Positions 15,311 to 21,260 of a stretch of 21,368 nucleotides of DNA are shown one piece after another (the first letter of the stretch is position 1; every line of letters starts with the position of its first letter). Source of the DNA: a virus. The notes under the pieces are model-generated. The model was not told where the DNA came from. It saw only the letters and a list, made by a program, of their open reading frames with translations, and did not search any database. Position numbers and translations under genes: made by a program. The DNA lies in IMG/VR virus record IMGVR_UViG_3300005353_000006; one strand, 5' to 3'.

Positions 15311-15350
15311 AGCGCGGGGAGGCGCGGGGATCCGCGGGGAGGCGCGGGCA
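15311..15350. repeat. Four tandem 10-bp repeats with core CGCGGG
   Basis: agcgcgggga / ggcgcgggga / tccgcgggga / ggcgcgggca. Equivalently, the 16-mer cgcggggaggcgcggg occurs at 15313 and 15333. Confidence 0.85.
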
Positions 15351-15408
15351 TGCGCAGCGGTCGCGCAGACCGCCGCAGGCTGTCGCACCTACGCGCAGGT
15401 TGGCCCGG

Positions 15409-15437
15409 TTGGCGGGCCGATCGTGCGGCGCTAGGTT
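15409..15437 (+). promoter_or_regulatory. Putative xis/int promoter
   Basis: TTGGCG-17 nt-TAGGTT, then 7 nt to ATG 15445. Those 7 nt also contain GGAGG, so a conventional leader is equally possible. Confidence 0.4.
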
Positions 15438-15444
15438 CGGAGGC

Positions 15445-15669
15445 ATGGCTGTGAGCGAGCACGAGCACCTGACCGAGACGGGCGACGAGCTGATCTCGTT
15501 CGCCGAGGCCGGGCGCCGGATCCCCAAGCGGAACGGCGCGCCGCGATCCGAGCGCACGATGCAGGACTGGGGCGCCCGCGGGCTGCTGCCCGTGGTCGCG
15601 GTCTCGGCCCACGTGCGGTGGGTGAACTGGTCGGAGTACCTGCGGCGTCTCCACCACAGCACCCGCTAG
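15445..15669 (+). CDS. xis: Excisionase-type (MerR-like) HTH DNA-binding protein
   Basis: 74 aa. LISFAEAGRRIP...TMQDWGARGLLPVV...VRWVNWSEYLRRL. Lies immediately upstream of the integrase. Confidence 0.7.
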   Translation: MAVSEHEHLTETGDELISFAEAGRRIPKRNGAPRSERTMQDWGARGLLPVVAVSAHVRWVNWSEYLRRLHHSTR

Positions 15670-15670
15670 G

Positions 15671-15687
15671 TGGAAACTGTGTTACCA
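15671..15687. promoter_or_regulatory. 17-bp palindrome TGGAAAC-TGT-GTTACCA at the xis/int junction (same TGGnAAn-N3-nTTnCCA skeleton as O1/O2)
   Basis: Read directly, with one mismatch between arms. AT-rich for this genome. Its last A is the A of the alternative int start, ATG 15687. Confidence 0.45.
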
Positions 15688-15734
15688 TGGGGCTGCTGGG
15701 CGATGATCGCCCGCACCGACACGAGGAGCCGACG

Positions 15735-16931
15735 GTGACCGACACCACCGCCACCCGCACGTTCGCCCAGCACGTTGACCAGCCCGGCGGCCCCGGCACG
15801 CAGTACCGGGTGCGCCTCCGGTTCCCGGGCATGGCCACGATCTACACCGAGTGGCACAGCGACCTGGACGTGGCCAACGCCCGCGCCTCGGAGCTGCGCG
15901 CGATCCGCAAGCGCGGCGAAGGCCCCAGCGACGGCGCCCGGTTCGTGACCCTCGGCGACATGGCCCGCGAGGTGCTGGCCGCCAAGGGTATCGCCGGGCT
16001 GACCGAGGGCGGCCTGGAGTGGTGGGCGCGGATCCTGCGGCCGCTGATCGACGGGCCGCACGCGGCCACGCCGGTGCACCTGCTGCCCGTCGCCAAGATC
16101 CGCACCGCCCACCTGGAGCGCGCCGCCAAGCATCCCAAGGCCGCCAACGACGAGCGGATCGGCCTGGAGGCCGTGCTGCGCGCCGCGCAGGCCGACGGCG
16201 CCAAGGTGCCGGGCGCGCTGCTGGAGCTGCCGACGCCGGTGTGGGAGACCCGCGAGCGCGTCACGATCCACCGCGACGGCGAGCTGGCCGCGTTCGCGCT
16301 CGGCGCGCCCGACCGCTACGCGCGGCTGGTGCTGCTCCAGGGCATGGTCGGCTGTCGCATCGGCGAGCTGCTGCAGCTGCGCCGCGACTGGATCGACCTG
16401 GCCGAGGGCACCATCACGATCCCGCCCGCCGCGCACAAGTCGGGCAAGCGGATCGGCGCCAAGATCATCCCGCTGCTGCCCGAGGAGATCGCGCTGCTGA
16501 CCGAGCAGCTGGCCACCCTGCGCGTGGCGGGCGCCACGCCCACCTCGCACCTGCCCGGCACCCCGGCCGAGTCGGAGCTGGTGTGGCCGATGCCGGACGG
16601 CTCGGCCTGGCCGATGATCCACGGCCGCGTGGCGCACAGCTACTTCAATCGCCACGTCTGGCAGCCGACGCTGGCCGCCGCCGGGCGCGACGATCTCACC
16701 TCGCACGATCTGCGCGCCACCGCCGTCACGATCATGCGCGACCGCGGGATCTCCGAGGAGACCTGCCAGCTGCGGGTCGGCCACGCCGACGCCAAGCTGA
16801 TCCGCTCGGTCTACGACAAGGGCAGCCGCCTGGCGCGGGCGCAGCGCGAGCTGGTGGCGATCGCGGCGGCAGAGGTGGCGACCGTCACCGACACGATTCC
16901 GGCCGCCACCGCCGAGGAGGCTACCCGATGA
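15735..16931 (+). CDS. int: Tyrosine integrase
   Basis: Catalytic pattern: R in CRIGELLQLR, HDLRATAV (H-x-x-R), VGHAD, and Y in IRSVYDKG. GTG 15735 lies 6 nt after GAGGAG. Alternative start is ATG 15687. Confidence 0.9.
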   Translation: MTDTTATRTFAQHVDQPGGPGTQYRVRLRFPGMATIYTEWHSDLDVANARASELRAIRKRGEGPSDGARFVTLGDMAREVLAAKGIAGLTEGGLEWWARILRPLIDGPHAATPVHLLPVAKIRTAHLERAAKHPKAANDERIGLEAVLRAAQADGAKVPGALLELPTPVWETRERVTIHRDGELAAFALGAPDRYARLVLLQGMVGCRIGELLQLRRDWIDLAEGTITIPPAAHKSGKRIGAKIIPLLPEEIALLTEQLATLRVAGATPTSHLPGTPAESELVWPMPDGSAWPMIHGRVAHSYFNRHVWQPTLAAAGRDDLTSHDLRATAVTIMRDRGISEETCQLRVGHADAKLIRSVYDKGSRLARAQRELVAIAAAEVATVTDTIPAATAEEATR

Positions 16932-17128
16932 CGCGCTCGGCCCTGAGCACCGTCCTGCTCGCCGCCGCCGCCCACGCGGCGGCGGTGGAGCAGCTGGCCG
17001 ACCAGCCGTTCCAGCTGCTGTCCGAACGGGAGGCGCCGGATCGGGTCGCCGCCTGGGTGGCGCGGCAGCGCGAGCTGGCCGCCGAGATCCGGGCCGCGAT
17101 CGCCGAGCTGGCGGAGCACCCGCTGTGA
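16928..17128 (+). CDS. Hypothetical 66-aa protein
   Basis: ATGA overlap with the int stop. High GC3. Confidence 0.7.
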   Translation: MTRSALSTVLLAAAAHAAAVEQLADQPFQLLSEREAPDRVAAWVARQRELAAEIRAAIAELAEHPL

Positions 17129-17137
17129 GCGCGCCCG

Positions 17138-17156
17138 GTGTCAATTCTGTGTCAAC
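17138..17156 (+). repeat. 19-bp direct repeat, copy 1: GTGTCAATTCTGTGTCAAC (two GTGTCA boxes 11 bp apart)
   Basis: 18 of 19 nt match 17345-17363. Confidence 0.9.
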
Positions 17157-17170
17157 CCTGACCGCGGCCA

Positions 17171-17207
17171 ACGGCCCGATCCCTGCAGCCATGCGGGATC
17201 GGGCCGT
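17171..17207. repeat. Perfect 13-bp inverted repeat with an 11-nt loop
   Basis: ACGGCCCGATCCC-tgcagccatgc-GGGATCGGGCCGT. Confidence 0.9.
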
Positions 17208-17209
17208 TC

Positions 17210-17236
17210 CCGTTCCGGTGTCTGACACCGAAACGG
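17210..17236. repeat. 13-1-13 palindrome with one mismatch, centred on GGTGTC-T-GACACC
   Basis: CCGTTCCGGTGTC-t-GACACCGAAACGG. Confidence 0.85.
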
Positions 17237-17315
17237 CCCCGCGCGTGTCTGCGGCCGTCGGCGGGATTCCGCGTAACCATGCGGGTTCGCGTGGTCTAGG
17301 CCGCGTGACCCTGCG

Positions 17316-17654
17316 GTGCCCTGCGGGTGTCTGCGCGGGCCTGCGTGTCAGTTCTGTGTCAACGCGGCGGCCCTGGTGACCCGCGCCGACCGCACCCCGC
17401 CCGCGCCCGCCGGGCGGCTCAGCACCGCCCAGGTCGGCGCCGTGCTGACCGCCCTGGCCCGCGCCGCCAGCACCGCCGACGACCGCGCCGCGGTGGTCGC
17501 GCTGCGTGACTGCCAGCTGTGGCTGAACACCACCACCGCCCTGGCCCGCGCCGCCGAGCGCCGCCAGCTGGTGCGCTGCCCGAGCTGCCGCGAACCGCTG
17601 CCCGAGCTGGGCGAGCTTCACGACCTGCTGCACCGGCTGGCGGTGGAGCTGTGA
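17316..17654 (+). CDS. Hypothetical early protein with possible split zinc-ribbon cysteines
   Basis: Good GC3 from about 17376 onward. CQFC near the N-terminus and CPSC near the C-terminus. Start uncertain (GTG 17316 or GTG 17376). The 5' end overlaps the second 19-bp repeat. Confidence 0.6.
   Translation: MPCGCLRGPACQFCVNAAALVTRADRTPPAPAGRLSTAQVGAVLTALARAASTADDRAAVVALRDCQLWLNTTTALARAAERRQLVRCPSCREPLPELGELHDLLHRLAVEL
17345..17363 (+). repeat. 19-bp direct repeat, copy 2: GTGTCAGTTCTGTGTCAAC
   Basis: See copy 1. The two copies are 207 bp apart. Confidence 0.9.
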
Positions 17655-17809
17655 CCCGAGGCGCTGTCGGCTGGGCGCTGTTCGTGCTGCTCGCGCAGCT
17701 CGCGCGGGCGTCGCGGTGGATCGCCGGGCCGGGCGAGATCGAACGGCGGCTAGCAGACCGGGCGTGGCTGGAGCACCGCCCGGCCGATCACGAGAGGAGG
17801 CCCTGGTGA
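17651..17809 (+). CDS. Small 52-aa protein with one hydrophobic segment
   Basis: GTGA overlap with the previous stop. GAVGWALFVLLAQLA. Confidence 0.55.
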   Translation: MTRGAVGWALFVLLAQLARASRWIAGPGEIERRLADRAWLEHRPADHERRPW

Positions 17810-17922
17810 ACTATCCGAGGAGCTACCGCTGGTGGCAGGACGGCCTGGTCTGGAGCTGCCTGGGCCTGGTCGCGTTCGGCATCCTGATCGGCGTGGCCGT
17901 GACCACGGTGGTGGCCTGGTGA
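17806..17922 (+). CDS. 38-aa single-pass membrane peptide
   Basis: GTGA overlap. GAGAGGAGG lies 5 nt upstream. TM segment LVWSCLGLVAFGILIGVAVTTVVAW. Confidence 0.6.
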   Translation: MNYPRSYRWWQDGLVWSCLGLVAFGILIGVAVTTVVAW

Positions 17923-18128
17923 CCGCGCCACAGCTGACGCTGGAGGAGCAGATCGCCACCGAGGTGGCGCTGCGCGACTACCTGGCCAGCGAGGCCGCCT
18001 ACTACCGGCGCCGCGCCGAGACCGGGCACGACCGCCAGCACGCGATCCAGCTGGAGGACTGGGTGACCCAGCTGGACGCCGTGATCTCCAACCGTCGGAT
18101 GGCGCGGCGTGCCGACGCTGTGCCGTGA
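17919..18128 (+). CDS. Hypothetical 69-aa protein
   Basis: GTGA overlap. High GC3. Confidence 0.65.
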   Translation: MTAPQLTLEEQIATEVALRDYLASEAAYYRRRAETGHDRQHAIQLEDWVTQLDAVISNRRMARRADAVP

Positions 18129-19050
18129 GTGCGGCCGGGTGGTGGCGGCGCAGCTGGTGCCCGGCGCGTGGCTGTGCGAGACCTGCAACCGAGGAGGACG
18201 ACCCGTGAGCACTCCCGCTGAGCACGGCGGCGCCGCCCCGCCGCCCGAGAAGCCCCCTGAAACGCCCGCTGAGGCGATCCCGCCGTCCGAGGCCGAGGGT
18301 ACGGCCGAGGTGCTGGACGCGCCGGAGACGCCCGCTACGACGCCCGCACGTGGAAGCGGGCCTTCCACGCGGACGATCGATCCGCCCCGTGCCCTGCCTG
18401 CTCGCCGCGGGGTTCAGCTGGTCACCCGGCCGGAGCCGTCCTGGCGCGAGCTGGGCTGGTGGCTGTCGCTGGCCGAGTCGGGCCAGGAGACCGCCCAGGC
18501 CCGCGGCGGCCGCGCCGCGCTGCGCCTCTACTACGTGACCCAGCTGGGCCTGCCGCTGTGGGCGGCCAGCCACCTGTCGGTGATCAACGGCCGCCTGGTG
18601 GTGTCCTCGGAGCTGCTGCGCGCGATCGCGGCCCGCGCCGGGTACGACGTGGCGCCCGAGGACTGGACAGACGACAGCTGCACCGCCTACGTGGTGCGCC
18701 GCGCCGACGGCGAGGTGATCGGCCGGTACACGTTCACGATCGCCGACGCCCAGCGGGCCGAGCTGATCCGGCCCCGGTCGGCCTGGGTGACGCACCCGCG
18801 CCGGATGCTGTGGGCGCGAGCGGCCGCGTTCGCGCTGCGCGACGCGATCCCGGAGGTGGTGCTGGGCTTCCAGACCACCGACGAGCAGGCCGAGATCTAC
18901 GGCCGCGAGGCGGAGCCGATCGGCGTGGACGCGCCGTACGAGTACGGCCCCGCCGAGCGAGACGAGGACATCCCGTTCCGGTGGCGCGACCCGTGGCTGA
19001 CCGGGGAGGTGAACGTCGATGGCGCGGCCGACCACCTGCGACTGCGGTAG
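18109..19050 (+). CDS. RecT-family single-strand annealing protein with N-terminal CxxC-x14-CxxC zinc ribbon and Pro-rich linker
   Basis: The C-terminal part aligns by eye with RecT (YVTQLGLPL...; AWVTHPRRMLWARAAAFALRDAIP versus E. coli RecT PWVTHWEEMAKKTAIRRLFKYLP). Alternative start is GTG 18205, after GAGGAGGAC. Confidence 0.8.
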   Translation: MPTLCRECGRVVAAQLVPGAWLCETCNRGGRPVSTPAEHGGAAPPPEKPPETPAEAIPPSEAEGTAEVLDAPETPATTPARGSGPSTRTIDPPRALPARRGVQLVTRPEPSWRELGWWLSLAESGQETAQARGGRAALRLYYVTQLGLPLWAASHLSVINGRLVVSSELLRAIAARAGYDVAPEDWTDDSCTAYVVRRADGEVIGRYTFTIADAQRAELIRPRSAWVTHPRRMLWARAAAFALRDAIPEVVLGFQTTDEQAEIYGREAEPIGVDAPYEYGPAERDEDIPFRWRDPWLTGEVNVDGAADHLRLR

Positions 19051-19399
19051 CTGTGCGACCTGCCGCCATCGGGTCTACATGCGCCGATGGCAGGCCGCGC
19101 ACCCCGGCTACGCGGCAGCCGCGGTGCGGCGCCGCAGGGCCGAGCATCCCGAGGAGCTGCGCGAGTACGACCGCGACCGCTGGCACCATGACCGTGAGTT
19201 TCGGCGGCGCAAGCGGGCGCGGAATCGGGTCTCCACGGCCTTGGCCCGAGGCGAGCTGGTGCGGGCTGATGCCTGCGAGTCCTGCGGGGCCGAGCGGTTC
19301 TGCGAGGCGCACCACGCCGACTACAGCCGCCCGCTGGACGTGACGTGGCTGTGCAGGGACTGCCATCACGCCGTGCACGTGCCGGAGGCGCTGATCTAG
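19019..19399 (+). CDS. Second HNH-type endonuclease
   Basis: CESCG...CEAHHADYSRPLDVTWLCRDCHHAVH. N-terminal Cys cluster CDCGSCATC. More T-ending codons than neighbouring genes. Confidence 0.8.
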   Translation: MARPTTCDCGSCATCRHRVYMRRWQAAHPGYAAAAVRRRRAEHPEELREYDRDRWHHDREFRRRKRARNRVSTALARGELVRADACESCGAERFCEAHHADYSRPLDVTWLCRDCHHAVHVPEALI

Positions 19400-19403
19400 G
19401 GCC

Positions 19404-19931
19404 GTGGCAAGCGACCTTCCACCGAGGCCCGCCTGGCGGCGCCGCTGTGCCCTGGCCGCCGTCTCGCCCGGCGCCAAGGCCGTCGTGCTGGCGCTGGACA
19501 CCTACATGGACGCGGCCTGCCGCGCGCAGGTCTCGCGCGGCAGGCTGGCGGCCGATCTCGGCGTGACGGCGCGCACCGCGCTGCGGTGGATTCACGAGCT
19601 GGAGGCGGCCGAGCTGCTGGGCGTCGATCGCACGATCGGGCACCACGTGAACCGCTACCAGGGCCGTCCCTACGGTGACACCCGCGACACCGTGACGGTG
19701 ACACGGGCGTCACGGTCTACGGTGACAGCTGAGACCGCCGACGGTGACAGCTCACGACCACTGACGGTGACACGGGTGTCACCCGAACTAGAAGGTCAGA
19801 AGGACAACGGCGCGGGCGCGCGCGGCGACGGTCAAGCCCGCGGCGAGGGCTACGGCAGCGCCTCGGGCGCGCAGCTCGCGCGGGAGGCGGCGGCGGCAGC
19901 CCGGCGGAGGATCCTGGAGGGCGGCGCGTGA
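19404..19931 (+). CDS. Winged-helix DNA-binding protein, candidate replication initiator (lambda O-like arrangement)
   Basis: KAVVLALDTYMDAACRAQVSRGRLAADLGVTARTALRWIHELEAAELLGV is a typical wHTH pattern. The iteron array lies inside its own coding sequence. Confidence 0.75.
   Translation: MASDLPPRPAWRRRCALAAVSPGAKAVVLALDTYMDAACRAQVSRGRLAADLGVTARTALRWIHELEAAELLGVDRTIGHHVNRYQGRPYGDTRDTVTVTRASRSTVTAETADGDSSRPLTVTRVSPELEGQKDNGAGARGDGQARGEGYGSASGAQLAREAAAAARRRILEGGA
19405..19421. promoter_or_regulatory. 17-bp palindrome O3, TGGCAAG-CGA-CCTTCCA, over the start codon of the initiator-like gene
   Basis: 16 of 17 nt identical to O1/O2. No -10 lies at the position used in P_A/P_B. Confidence 0.55.
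19672..19772 (+). repeat. Five direct iterons ACGGTGACA at spacings of 23, 24, 22 and 23 bp (candidate origin iterons)
   Basis: Copies at 19672, 19695, 19719, 19741 and 19764. Copies 2 and 5 extend to GGTGACACGGGYGTCAC. Confidence 0.85.
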
Positions 19932-20038
19932 TCGCGGTGGACGCCAGCCTGGGCCTGACGGGCGGCGAGCTGCGGCTGCTCGGCGTGCTGGTGCTCGTGA
20001 TCGCGCTGGTGGCGCTGTTCGCGTCGCCACCACGGTGA
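19928..20038 (+). CDS. 36-aa single-pass membrane peptide upstream of the lysin
   Basis: GTGA overlaps at both ends. LRLLGVLVLVIALVALFA. Confidence 0.55.
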   Translation: MIAVDASLGLTGGELRLLGVLVLVIALVALFASPPR

Positions 20039-21243
20039 ACGGGCTGGAGGCGCTGGGCGTGATGGCGCTGATCCTGGTGGCGATCGGGCTGGCGGGCCGG
20101 GTAGTTCGGCTGCCGAACGATCGCGCTAGGATCGACGGCATGGCCGACGCGTACAGCTACCTGACCGACTCGGAGCGGGTGACCTTCAACGAGACCTCGC
20201 GCCTCATGCAGCTGACCGACTGGGCGGGCTGGGACGCCACCCTGCAAGCCCAGTTCGACACCACCCAGCAGTGGATCCGCGATCGGCGCGCCTATATCAG
20301 CGACCTGGCCACCGGCGAGGTGGAGTCAAGCAACGGGCCGGGCTGGGACGTGGCGCACCGCCGCGAGCGGTACGACTACCTGCACAAGGCGAACCACAGC
20401 GACGCGGCGCCGCGGGTGCTGTGCCAGCTGCCGACCGAGGGCGGCACCGACGCCGAGAAGGTCTACACGTCACAGCGCGAGCTGTGGTGGCGCGAACCGA
20501 AGGGCGCCTACTCCGAGCAGTCGGCGCGGCGCCAGGCGATCACCGATTGGCTGGTGGAGCGCCGCCAGTACGTGTGGCGCCTCGCCGAGGGCCAGGTGCC
20601 CGGCGAGACGCCCGGCTGGGATCACGCCAACCGTCGCCAGCGGTACTCCAACCTGCAGGTCGCGACCAAGCACGGCAGCGCCTACGACAGCTGGTGCAAG
20701 TCCCACAACACCACCACCGGCGAGCCGAAGGGCGACGGCAGCAGCTCCTCGGGTGGAAGCGGATCTACCAGCGCTCGAGATCGCGCGCTCAGCTGGATGG
20801 CGCAGCATCGCGGCCTGAACGAGCAGCCGGGCGGATCCAACTGCGACAGCCGCTCGGACGGGATCCGCACCGCGCAGGATCGCTGCGTGGCCATGGGCAG
20901 CTCGGGCACGTGGCTGCGCTACCAGCCGTGGTGCGGGGTCTGGTGCGCGAACGCCATGCAAGCCGCGGGCGTGAAGGGCCTGACCTACGACCTGGCCAGC
21001 GTGGAGTGGATCGAGGCCCGCGCGAAGGCGGGCAAGGCGCCCTTCACCGGCTGGACGACCGACCCGAGCAGGGTACGGCCCGGCGACCTGGTGACGCTGT
21101 TCTCACCCGGCCAGCACGTGGCCATGGTGCGCACGCCCGGCACCAACCCGGTGACCGAGGAGGGCAACACGTCCGACACCTCGGCGCAGCGCACGCGATC
21201 CAAGGGCGACGTGGTGGGCTACGCGCTGGTGGCGTACCCGTGA
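20035..21243 (+). CDS. Cell-wall hydrolase/endolysin with N-terminal TM anchor, two ~39-aa internal repeats and a C-terminal CHAP/NlpC-P60-type domain
   Basis: TM LEALGVMALILVAIGLAG. Catalytic-type motifs PWCGVWCANAM, GDLVTLFSPGQHVAMV and EEGNTS. Confidence 0.85.
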   Translation: MNGLEALGVMALILVAIGLAGRVVRLPNDRARIDGMADAYSYLTDSERVTFNETSRLMQLTDWAGWDATLQAQFDTTQQWIRDRRAYISDLATGEVESSNGPGWDVAHRRERYDYLHKANHSDAAPRVLCQLPTEGGTDAEKVYTSQRELWWREPKGAYSEQSARRQAITDWLVERRQYVWRLAEGQVPGETPGWDHANRRQRYSNLQVATKHGSAYDSWCKSHNTTTGEPKGDGSSSSGGSGSTSARDRALSWMAQHRGLNEQPGGSNCDSRSDGIRTAQDRCVAMGSSGTWLRYQPWCGVWCANAMQAAGVKGLTYDLASVEWIEARAKAGKAPFTGWTTDPSRVRPGDLVTLFSPGQHVAMVRTPGTNPVTEEGNTSDTSAQRTRSKGDVVGYALVAYP

Positions 21244-21260
21244 CCAACGAGGAGGAGCAC

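Noticed and set aside
15046-15454. ORFs 15046-15231 and 15251-15454 in the large intergenic region
   Set aside because: GC3 is intermediate or poor and the translations are Arg/Gly-rich. They are built over hairpins and tandem repeats, and neither has a ribosome-binding site or coupling.
17125-17379. 84-aa + strand ORF across the repeat-dense region
   Set aside because: About 30% A/T at third codon positions by hand count, against a few percent in neighbouring genes. The sequence is dominated by direct and inverted repeats.
19672-19772. Possible CRISPR-like array, given the regular 22-24 bp spacing of a 9-mer
   Set aside because: The repeats are far too short, the spacers partly repeat each other, and the array lies inside a coding sequence. 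An iteron interpretation fits better.
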